Assembly: GCA_030704615.1 (NCBI GenBank)
Contig: CM060731.1
Location: 52,948,001-53,012,000, forward strand
Direction of reading: 5' to 3'
DNA length: 64,000 nt
Source of the DNA: Takakia lepidozioides
Taxonomy: Eukaryota > Plantae > Bryophyta
Each line of letters opens with the position of its first letter. The stretch's first letter is position 1. The notes under the pieces are model-generated. The model searched no databases. It was not told the origin of the DNA and saw only the letters and a list, made by a program, of their open reading frames with translations. Below are positions 23,661 through 33,739 of this stretch, piece after piece. Made by a program: the position numbers and the translations under genes.

Positions 23661-26426
23661 TAGTGGATGTCTGGCTCAACCGCATGACTTGGTGGTTCCA
23701 GGTAATTCAAGGTACTTCCACCCAATTGCTTTGCTGGCATGAATTCCGTGAACGACTATGTGACAATGCATGTTCGAAACGCAGGTAATGATGAATGCGA
23801 AGGAGCAAGTCATACTGCATACAAATTCGTTCGGCTTGTACGTGAAATGGGATGGAGCATAGACATTGGAAGACTACGTGACACGTTTCAGATGTGCGTA
23901 CAAGGACAACCTCTTCGCCAGGGAGCTGCAGACAGCAAGAAGGAGCGTGGAGTTTACACATCAGGAGGGGGCGGGAAAAGCAGCAATGCAAATTCTGTAC
24001 AGGTGAAGCCCAGCTCCCGTTGTATGCCAAAGCTGGGATATGAGGTTTGCCTGGGAAATACGGCACCGCATTCGCACTTTATGTTTTTGGTTGCACTCTG
24101 CGAATACACTGGTCATAACTTGTGCTCACGCATGTTGACTGTCTTGTATGTATATGAAATACGTGCTACTTAAGACAGGGGCCCTGGTGCAAGAGCCCCC
24201 GTTCTTCATGGCTTGGACCGTGGCAGGCCCAAACTGTGTCTACACACCAGAGACGTAGAAACAATGGCATGCCGCGCATCTCGTTGGATGGCCGTGGTAC
24301 CTGGACATGTCTGGTGGACTTGTTGACGAATCGGAGAAAGATCTGCACGCGAAAGCGGAGGAGAAGAGAAGGGAAAGATGTGTCTCTGCTGGCCTGAGTC
24401 GGCAAAGGACGCTGCTGCTCTGGATCAATCCAGAAAGGTAGCTGAGATGACACAGAAGACTGTGGATGCAGCTGTGCAGGCTCAACAGAAGGGGTTGAAG
24501 AAGAGGACTCGCCAGCAAGGAGCAGCAGTTGTGACACCAAGAAGACGAAGAAGCAGAAACAGAAAGAGCAGGAAGAGGGTGAAGAAGAGGACTCCGATGG
24601 AGACTTTGCAACCAGCACTCTTCAACCCCCCGGGGGGGGCACCCTTTCGAACCGGTGGAAATGAAGAGGCCGAAAGTGGAGCTAGAAACAGTAGTTCAGT
24701 GTGTGAATGAGAGTTTTTTGGCGGCTTTGGATGGACGGGCAGCCAAGTTGGCATACATCAAGACCATGGAGGGTCTGAAGGGCAGAGCACTGAAGAAGGC
24801 GGGTGCCGAAGAGCCTTCCGACACCCCTGGGTTTCTAAAGATGGTCTCGTACTTTGAGAAGGTGTGTGCAGGGAAGGATTGCAGGAGGGGTGGAAAAGCC
24901 ACCAAGTGGTCTTGCGATATGATCATCTTGGATATTCCGGATAGAGAGCCTGTGGAAGGTCTGTATGCTTTGCCGTCTTGGAACAGGTACTCCGAGGACG
25001 AAAAAAAGATTCAGGCTCGCCCGCATGGTGTTGGACGACAGAGGCTGTGTCGTTGTCCTTGCGAGCAGAGGCAAAAACACGGAGGCAGGAATTGCGAAGT
25101 GGACCCGCAAGAGTGTCGTCCCAATTCTGAAGAAGAAGTGGACGTGCATCAACACATTGGGTCTTCGGTTGGAAGGGAAGAAGGTAATTACGACATTGGC
25201 AATCGTCCTTTCATTTTGTAAGCTGTTTTGATATGCGGTGCCGCATTCGAATTCTAATCGTTCCCCACTGTGTATGCAGAACGAAGCAGTTCAATGCATT
25301 CTGCTTTGTGAATGAGAACTCGACCTTTGCTTTCCGGAAGGATGGATTGTTGGTTGACCCGAACTGCGACCCCATCGATTACGACGTCCTGTTCAACAAC
25401 GTTCCCACGGAACTCCTCCCTCATAGCCTCACTTCAATGGATCCCCTGCGGTATTAACGGACTCAGAGCCTTGCCTTCAACCATACAATTATGGAGGCAT
25501 GCACTGACCTGGAGGGCAGAGTGCTGGACCTCATATGTGGAACATGTATGTAGATTTTGGTACTATGTTGTTCCGCGAATTCTCAATATGTTCAAATTCG
25601 CCATTTCTCAAGGGCATGTTTTAATGAGTGGATGCCATTCTAACAGGTGCCTCAATGTGGGGTGGGCGGTTTTCTGACCGGCACCTCTTTGCCTACGAGG
25701 AGGACACATCCATCTGGGGATCCCATCTGGAAGGGCTTCAATGGAATGTGAAGGCTCCCATCGCAACCACAGATTCCTTGGAGGATTCGTCGGACTTGGA
25801 GGAAGAGACAATGGACATTGATGCCGAGGAGAACCCGGAATACGAGTGAGTGCTAACATTGTAAGCTTGCAAAGCCTTCTGGGTGATTTTTTCTCACACG
25901 CATTTCCGGATTGTGGTTCTCATTGGTCTGGTGAGTGATTGTTATGTGCAGGATTCCAAGATCCGGGTCGAAACCAGTGGCACGTACATTTCTTGCCGGG
26001 GAAAATATCTCGTTCTTTGCGAGGAACGACTTCATGAAGAGCCTAGTGAAGGACTACTCCCTTCCTAGTTATGCAGCTAAACTTGCAAAGACAGCGATTA
26101 GACGATGTGAGAATCCCAGTAAAGTAGAGCTGATTTTGGAGAGGGCTAGGGAGGACAGAAGGATGCGGAAAGAGTTGGCAGCAGCTGAGACAGGTAGACG
26201 GGTGCGGAAGTATGTATGTGATTCAGCGGAAGAGAGTGTTGCAGACAGGGAGGACGACGACCCAACGGAGGTGAGATGGTCAGTTCCGCAAGGGGAAGAT
26301 GGGATTTTTGAAAGTCTGGCCAACGACCAATCCGCTGGACATGACAAAGACAATGAGGGGGTGGAAGGGGAGCAGGACAGTCAAGGACAGGATGACGACA
26401 GTAATGATGATTTCCAAGATTGGTAG
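23661..26426 (+). pseudogene. MULE accessory gene, copy 3, C-terminal half with a complete beta-class N4/N6 DNA-methyltransferase-like fold and acidic tail
   Basis: Aligns to copy 2: DVWLNRMTWWFQ/DNWLHKATFWSQ; ILYR|YMKYVL/VVYR|YTKYVL; KQWHAAHLVGWPWYLD/KDWSPSHFRDCGWYLD; CDMIILDIPD/ADIVILDIPD (24916-24942). Continues ARMVLDDRG, TQSLAF..IMEACTDLEGRVLDLICGT (to 25544), then xASMWGGRFSDRHLFAYEED. Confidence 0.75.
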
Positions 26427-26558
26427 AATTTTAAATAACTCTTTGTACATTTACATTCTCTTCCAGAATATATAAAGGAATTTCTCCACGCTGTTGAGGT
26501 CCCTTCTCCCATGTGCTTTTAAACGACACCATCTGTGAAACCACGTCCTTCCCAAAAC

Positions 26559-26718
26559 CGGAAATGCGGCGCCGCATTTCCGTTTTCGACATGGAAGTTT
26601 TGCCCATTTCCAGCTCCTTCCATTGAGGTAAATGGAAATGCGGCGCCGCATTCCAGGGTCGAACACGTTATTCCCATGCCGGACATGGAAATGCGGCAAT
26701 GCGGTGCCGCATTTCCAT
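26559..26718. repeat. Three palindromes GGAAATGCG-GYRC-CGCATTTCC at the copy-3 end
   Basis: 26559-26582 (perfect 24 bp), 26633-26655, 26685-26718. Further copies in introns at 24054-24075 and 25233-25246, and at 28849-28903. Confidence 0.9.
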
Positions 26719-28110
26719 TCTTCAATTTCCCTGTAGAAAGAAAGAAAGAAAATAACTTTACATCATCCATAGAGGGGCTACAGAGGAAGGTAGAACGAAC
26801 CAAAAACTAATTCAGACTACATTAAGAGAGAGAGGTGAAATGGCTAGATGGGAGGCGTTGATTCTTCAAAGGAGTTTGAAGGTGAATCGAGTAGGCGTTG
26901 GGTGTTTGAATTCTTCTCAACGTCCAGGTCAACAGGGTGCAAAGCAGGGTGAAGGTAGGCTTGTTTTATGCATCTCAACACTTCTTCCTTCCTTCCTGTG
27001 TGCTCATCCTCCGTATCCTTTTTTCTTGTGGCCTGCCCCAATGGTCACGACGACATTATAGTGGGTAAATCAAGTAAAAGATGTATACAGTGATCACAAT
27101 TAAGATGCCTGCTAACTAAAAAAGAAATAGAGTTCATACTGGATTGTCATACCCATCAAGTGCTTTAAAGTTCAAATGCACTATGTGCCAGCCAGAACCT
27201 CCACTGACCCAAAACCGTGCAATTTCATAAACAACCATCGGAACCTTGGCAATACTTCATGCGTGAAATTTCAATTTTGCAGGACTGCAACTCCTCATGG
27301 CTCATGTTGAGATTAATATGTACATACTGTGTTCCAGGTTCATTGCAGTGATGCTTCAAGGGATGGTTTTTAATGTCATACTGAGAAGGCAGATGTGACA
27401 TCAGTACTCCTAAATGAGAGAGTGGACGCTTATAACTTTCCAAACTAGGAGAAAAAAGCTCAAAGTGCATTACCTCCACATTGAAGTTCTTGAAGGCTGG
27501 TTTAAACCACTGTTCGCAGTGCGCATTAAAAAGTAACGTTACAATGGGAAGGGGGGTACACGCAACCGAAGCCACCCCCAATCCCTTAACGGTAAACACC
27601 CCAATAAACAGCACTTGCATCAATATCAAGCAGCTAGTTATACGAACATGTACTTCTGGCCAAAGCCGCCCGCCTGTCTCGTATGCTGGTTCATAAACAT
27701 GCAATATCTGCACACACTTGCCAAAACCTTTCTTAGGAATGCAGACTTGGTCCCTGTCTCACTCTAAATTCCATCCAACTTGGGCTAGATGTACATGGCG
27801 CACACAATTGAGAACAATTCCAGATACTATTTGTAAAGAACTTACCGAGTCCATCAGAAGTTTAAGGCTTATTTTGGTTTTGGGAGTCTTGTGTGGGGCT
27901 TCATTTGTCCCACAAATCTTTTGTCAGCGGTGAAGGAGACACATTATGTTTTCTATAATGAACTCTACACCAGCTCAATACATCAAAAAATCAATTGCAT
28001 GGACTGAGATTTTCATTTTCATCATCAATGCCAGCACATAAATCACCCAACTCCCTGTAGCAAGTCAGCTCAGCATGGCAGTTTTGGGTTGAGTGGCTGA
28101 AGGCTGATTT

Positions 28111-28115
<5 letters not shown>

Positions 28116-28142
<27 letters not shown>
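28116..28142. repeat. (CT)n microsatellite
   Basis: Directly visible. Confidence 0.95.
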
Positions 28143-29043
28143 CTTTCATCTATAATCTTTGCCTCAACAGTGTGCCTGGCTACGCAACCCCAAACCATGT
28201 GTCGGTTGCAAGGTAATGGCTAGAGAGGAGTAGCACTGGGATGAACCTCACGTTTCTAGTACAATGTCAATGCCAACTGATTAATCAACACTCAGTTCCC
28301 TGCGCCAAAATTGTCTTTGGCTGCAAGCAAGCAGCCAATTTGGCAATTTCGAGCTGCATCTCTGATCTTCGGTGGGCACTCCACAACCAGATCTGGCAGG
28401 TTTTGTTTGCTTGAGGACTATGGCCACCTCATAGCCATTCAAATTTGCAGAAATTGACAATGACTATATTCTGTCTCTGAGACCCTAGTGCTTATAGATG
28501 ATGCAACCATAGCTGCATGTCACAATCTGTGTGGAGCTGAAGGGCTGTATTAGCCTTGCAGCCTATACAATCATTAAATAAGACTGTAACCAAGTTTTCC
28601 TCGGATGTACATGAGCACCAGGACAATTTCGGGCTTAGAAAACTGATCCTTTACAATCCACAACTAGCTCCAAGGGGTTTGATATCCGACAACGACCATC
28701 CCTCTCATAGCCAATTTCATTATGGAGTCTTTATGAAGTGTACTTCTCTTACAATATACATGCACACCAACATACATGAGTGTGCATATGAAAATCAAAC
28801 AATTTTTTTTTATCATGATTCTCATAGGGACAAGGGTTATTGGACAATGGAATGCGGCACCGCATTTCCGTCCAGCACAATGGAATGTGGTGCCGCATTT
28901 CCGTCGAAGGGTCTGGAATTGGACAAACATACGGTGTGTTTTGACCGGGCCTGCACATTCTAAACTTTGCTCTCCTTTTGGAAGTAGTGGTTAAGAATTT
29001 TGCCAAATTGTTGAATGCTTTGAAATCTTTTTCATCATTGCAG

Positions 29044-29246
29044 ACCTCTTGTGAAGGAGGTGATTACAGGGTATCTTCCTGCGGTACTTCTCTCTGCAGT
29101 TCTCTACATCCTGCCCCCCATTATGCTTTTCCTTTCCAAACTTGAAGGCTATATCTCCTTCAGCCACCAGGAGAGGAGGGCTGCAGGGAGATTTTTCTAT
29201 CTTTTGGCCGGTAATGTCTTCCTTGTTGGCGTGTTGGGAGGTTCTC
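29044..29246 (+). pseudogene. Inverted, displaced exon fragment of the same CSC1/OSCA gene
   Basis: VITGYLPAVLL...ILPPIMLFLSKLEGYISFSHQERRAAGRFFY...NVFLVGVLGGS, preceded by an acceptor TTGCAG. Normally lies immediately upstream of the DPREIP segment. Confidence 0.85.
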
Positions 29247-30289
29247 CAAGAGAAAGATAGATGTATCAGGACCTGATTGCGATATACGATGTAACCAAGT
29301 ACGAAATATATGAGAAGAAAAGGGAGCAGCAGAGGCGAAATGATGGAGTACGCCAGTCCCAATAACACAAAGAGGAACACACTTGGCATTATACGGTAGT
29401 AAGCCACTGGTCGAACAACATCCAACAGGGGAACACTCTTCTTGATGGTGTGCATTTTCAAGAAGTTCAACACAAGAGTACCTGTCTGTAAGATCTCAAG
29501 TGGAAATCCTGCCACTCCTGTTGTCAGTACATAAGTAATGAAGAAATTCGTCTGTAGACACAGACAAGAGACAAACTTGCCGTCCATTCAGACCCCAAAT
29601 TACTGGCTGGTAGTATACACAGAATAATTGATACCAGTGGCAATAAGATCCTTTAGATTGTAGCTAGGACAACTTGACACTGACCAAAGGCAGTGTGACT
29701 ACTATGCTTCTGCCCATTGCTTGGTGGACCACATAGCTTACACATCCAAGAGTCCTCAAGTACCTGTAGGACTATATGAACTATGACAGAGAGAAACAGG
29801 AGAGAGTTAACTTACTTTGCTAGGTATCGCTTCAGCTAGGCGCCTTGGTATTTCCCTCGGGTCCTTGGAGAAGGTGCTAAACACTAGGTACAATTCCAGC
29901 TTTGATGATATCCCCATGCACCTCTTTGCCCTTCTCAAGGGCTGCCAGGCTTGCACAAGCATTGCAATGCACACAAACATGATGTGAGAGAGCAAAACAC
30001 GCTGAAATAGGTCAAAGAAGAAGGTGCCCTCACCACATTGTCCTTGAGCTTGTGTCATGACTTGACCAACCATCAACCCAAAAGGACCTCTTGTGTGTGC
30101 TGCTTGTGTCTGTAGTCAGGTAATGTCGGATTGGTCTGTGAGATCGAACCACCACGGTGCAGCTGAGTAGGCAGAGATTGAAACACGGTCTGCTAAGACC
30201 AAGCTGACTCTCCCAAGAATGGCGAGCTTCTCCTTATCTCTCTCCCAAGAACGGCGAGTTTGTAAAAATGTTACGAGCTTCTCCTCGTC

Positions 30290-31000
30290 TCATCTCCTAC
30301 TCCTCTTCTCCTTCCCGCATCATTTGCTCAATGCCTCCATCCCACGCCCCTGTATATCTTGCTATCATCGCATTCCATCCCTCGGCTACATGGTGTGGCG
30401 AAAAAGACAAAAAAACGCCAAGTCCCAGCCCTCCTCTGTGTTCACGATTACCCTAATGGACAACCTTATTAGCAACTTTTTGACTTTTTAATCTTTTGCA
30501 CTTTGATTCATTCTAGGTTAGAGGCTAAAATCCTCCTACCAGGCTTGTCTAGGAAACCAAAACACCATGTAGACAAACATTTGATAGTATTACCATTGGG
30601 CTGGTTTGAACACTTTAGTAAAGTTATAGTAGAAACTTTCACTTTGAGTTATTGAAATTGAAATATATATTACCAATTATATTTTCAGAATTACAACTGT
30701 CAGTGTTTGACTTAGGGGTGGTAGAATAAAGGACTTTGTAGTGAAACTTTTGATAGTTGTAGTGAATTGTTTTATTAATATCAGCACATTTCACTACGTG
30801 GTGCTAGAAATAGTGAAAAGTGGCAAACAGTGAAATTCATAGTGAAATACCGACGGTGCTGAAAACCATAGTGTGTTGTAGTGCCTCGCTGTGCTTATCC
30901 TCGCCCCTTCCTGCATCATTTGCTCAAGAATAGGTTTGCAAAGCCTCCATCCCACGCCCCTGCACATCCTGCGATCATCGCGTTCCATGCTCTAGGCTCG
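30290..31000 (-). pseudogene. Two short duplicated PPR-motif remnants (~30290-30390 and ~30890-31000)
   Basis: Both read WNAMIA(G/R)...EQMM(Q/R)EG on the minus strand with frameshifts and resemble each other. Confidence 0.55.
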
Positions 31001-32038
31001 TGGATACTAAGAAAACATAGAAGCGGCGGACTTGTGTCGCAGAACAATGACGCAGGCGGCGATGGGATGAAAGCGGGGGTGGGGAGTGATTGACCGAGCC
31101 CAGCGGGCTGCCTTTCGATGGCTGCCGGAGGCGGAAAACCGGCGGTACGGGGTGTCAGGGCTGGACCGTCCTGACACGCTCGCATTAAATTCTTACATTA
31201 TTCCTATTATCTTCCAGGTTTAATTATAGAATGTGTGTTTGATTAGCTAAGTTAAAAAGTCCAGCTAATATAATATACCCAATGCACAGTCATGGCCCAA
31301 AATAACCCTGAGAAAAAGCCATAGACCCCCACAAACTACTTAGACAGTGAAATGTTACTCTGCTCTGTAAGGAAAGACAAGGCTGTTTCCAAAGGTTCCT
31401 GTCTTGAGAATGACTGCTCCTGGAAGACTGATGACTTGTATTTTGGGCTCCCTCACAAAGTGGAGTTTGCTGTTCCCAGAGAAATAAACCAAGAGTTTTG
31501 CAATTCCTCCAAAGAGAATTTGGGTGTCCATCCACCATCTCGGCTACAGTGAGGCCATGTTCAAAGCACACGACATGGCTGTAACCACACCTACATTTGT
31601 AGCCATGGAGAACAATGAATGGTGAGAACCTTTACTTTGGTCCATCACCACTCACATAGAATCCAGTAGATTTTGAGACCAGTAAAGCTCAACCTGCAGA
31701 TGGCTGTGACGCTTCCAGAATTGTCAGCCCACACAGACCCGATCATCTTTCATTACCCTATCACTACAAGTATAACAATGCACTGGGCATGTGAAACCAG
31801 GATTAAGATCATGGGACCATCAAATGACAGGCTCATATCTATCAGAGCTACTTCCTAACTTCAGAGAAAGCTCTATTGATACAGCTGAAAGAAGTTGGCA
31901 TGGCAGCCGATGGAAGAAATCTACTCGGCTTTTGGACTAGTTGTCCCACTAAATGTATAATAACAGGTCACAAAGAGGTTACCTTGTTTGCATGCATCTG
32001 CACACTTGAGGTGGAGTAAAAACTAAGTTTCATGAGCC

Positions 32039-33739
32039 TCAGTTCTTCTTATCTGTGGTCTCATGCCCCAACGGAACATATTGTTTCTTACCGCGCTGGG
32101 TCCGTGCAAACAGACTCAGTACCATGAAAGCAAGACTATAGAATCCGTAGAACTTCCAGCTGGTGTGTGGCGGCTTCCTGGCCATAGCTCTGTGGAATAC
32201 TGTGACATAATAGTGCAAGCCCACCAACATTGCCACCACCCATTGAATCGACGCTGATAACTTAGCAAATGCAGCCCCCACAGAGCATGTGAAGATGACA
32301 TCTGCGGTCTGCAGCACCAGGTATATGATGTACCCTAATGCTTGTAGCAGCTGCAAGACTATGTAACTTGATGCCGAATACGTGCTGAAGAATGCCATGG
32401 GTTCTGTTCCAAGCATAAATGATGCAATCAAGAGGATCCCAAAATACTCAGACAGGTAGACATTCACAAACAGGAGCACTTTCTGCAGCGACAGATTTGC
32501 ACGGACACGATCACACAGAAACACCACCAGCGCCAGCGGGAGCAACAAAAGGCCATATGATACCAGAGACGCAATGATCGGCGCATACTGCTTACCAATC
32601 AGGGGTGAAAATGTCTTTGCAATATTTCGATTGATACTGTCAAAAGAAGTCTTTGATTGGTCAGAGATCTCCTTCACCTTGGGCATTACGTGCTCCACAA
32701 AATGTCCAGCTGTTTCTTGGAGCTTTTCTGGAAGGTTCTGGAATTCTCGCATCCAGTCTCCATCATAGTCATCCTCTGGATCCACATCAGCTGTTGTTAC
32801 TGTAGCATCGGCATCTTCTGCTTTATTTTGCCCTGTCTCGGATTGAGTTTCAGCTGTGCCAATACCATCAACCTTCTCTTTCTTGTCCTCGGAAGTCACC
32901 GACTCCTGTTGCTGATCCTCTTTTGACTCATGGGAGTTTGACTCATGTTCTCTCGCTTCTGTTTTACCTCGTTCATCAGATTTCAACTCTTCTTTCTTTA
33001 CATCAGACTTCACCTCCTCTCTCTTCTCGCCCTCTTTCATTTCATCAGGTCTCAGCACTATCTTCTTGTCAGATTTGGGCCCCTCCTGCACTTGTGGATC
33101 CTCTTTCTTCTTAGGTTTCAGCTCATGACGTTTCCCCTCCTCCTCGGGTTTCCCCTCCTCTTTCTTCAGCTCTGACTTTTCCTCAGCTTTCTTCTTCCCA
33201 CTCTTTTCCTCTACTTTCCCCTCCTCCATTGACCCCTCTTCTTTCTTGCCCTCAGCTTCCAAATCATCCTTCTTTTCATTGGTTTTTAGCTCTTCGTTGT
33301 TTTCCTCTCTATTTGGCTGCTCTTTCATCTCCAGAGTTTTTACTTTCTCCTTTTCAGTTTTCTCCTCTTTTTCTTTCTCCTCCTCCTTCACATGCGGATT
33401 CCAGCCCTCTTTTTCCTCTACCTTTAACTCCTCCTGAATTTTTGGCTCCTCCTTCTCCTCAGACTGAACCTCTTTGCCTTGGTCTTCCTTCTTCCCCATA
33501 GCCTCTAAAAGATATCTTCCAAGGCCCTTATCAGGCTGCCTGGTACTGCTTGATAATACAGTGATAACGTCCTGTCCGAACTGGAACCTGTGCCGGAGTA
33601 TCTCCTTAAATGCATCCACTCCCTCCAGGCCTTCTATTTCAATTGGTCCATACTTTCGGGGCTTGGAATCACCACATGAGACGCACACACCAGATAGAAG
33701 GACCAGAAGAAAGATGGGACCAGATAATGGGTAACCCAT
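32039..33739 (-). CDS. Uncharacterised plant membrane protein (signal peptide, Lys/Glu-rich region, ~5-6 C-terminal TM helices), single exon, 566 aa
   Basis: Long intact ORF; hydrophobic N-terminus. C-terminal block (SLQKVLLF..YL..YF, EP..F, VGLHYYVTVFHR...PP.T.WK) resembles a conserved plant family, recognised from memory. Confidence 0.9.
   Translation of the reverse strand: MGYPLSGPIFLLVLLSGVCVSCGDSKPRKYGPIEIEGLEGVDAFKEILRHRFQFGQDVITVLSSSTRQPDKGLGRYLLEAMGKKEDQGKEVQSEEKEEPKIQEELKVEEKEGWNPHVKEEEKEKEEKTEKEKVKTLEMKEQPNREENNEELKTNEKKDDLEAEGKKEEGSMEEGKVEEKSGKKKAEEKSELKKEEGKPEEEGKRHELKPKKKEDPQVQEGPKSDKKIVLRPDEMKEGEKREEVKSDVKKEELKSDERGKTEAREHESNSHESKEDQQQESVTSEDKKEKVDGIGTAETQSETGQNKAEDADATVTTADVDPEDDYDGDWMREFQNLPEKLQETAGHFVEHVMPKVKEISDQSKTSFDSINRNIAKTFSPLIGKQYAPIIASLVSYGLLLLPLALVVFLCDRVRANLSLQKVLLFVNVYLSEYFGILLIASFMLGTEPMAFFSTYSASSYIVLQLLQALGYIIYLVLQTADVIFTCSVGAAFAKLSASIQWVVAMLVGLHYYVTVFHRAMARKPPHTSWKFYGFYSLAFMVLSLFARTQRGKKQYVPLGHETTDKKN

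Larger units (their letters stand above)
23661..26733. mobile_element. MULE-family copy 3: 3' half of the accessory gene plus element end ...TTCCCTG
   Basis: Accessory-gene homology starts immediately after the copy-2 terminus. Subterminal palindromes at 26559-26718, then CCCTG as at 23660. Confidence 0.7.
26844..29880 (-). pseudogene. CSC1/OSCA (ERD4-like, RSN1/TMEM63) channel gene, 3' exons only, rearranged
   Basis: Exons ~29880-29816 (FSKDPREIPRRLAEAIPSK), 29551-29273 (TNFFITYVLTTG...YRNQ), 27707-27474 (ILHVYEPAYETGGRLWP), 27032-26844 (AYLHPAL). No 5' half found. Confidence 0.85.

Noticed and set aside
23655-23665. CACTA/EnSpm terminus (TAGTG at 23661-23665; CACTA at 6770-6774)
   Set aside because: The transposase motifs are Mutator-type. 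The GTG belongs to the interrupted copy-3 reading frame, and the 6770 CACTA has the wrong orientation for a right end.
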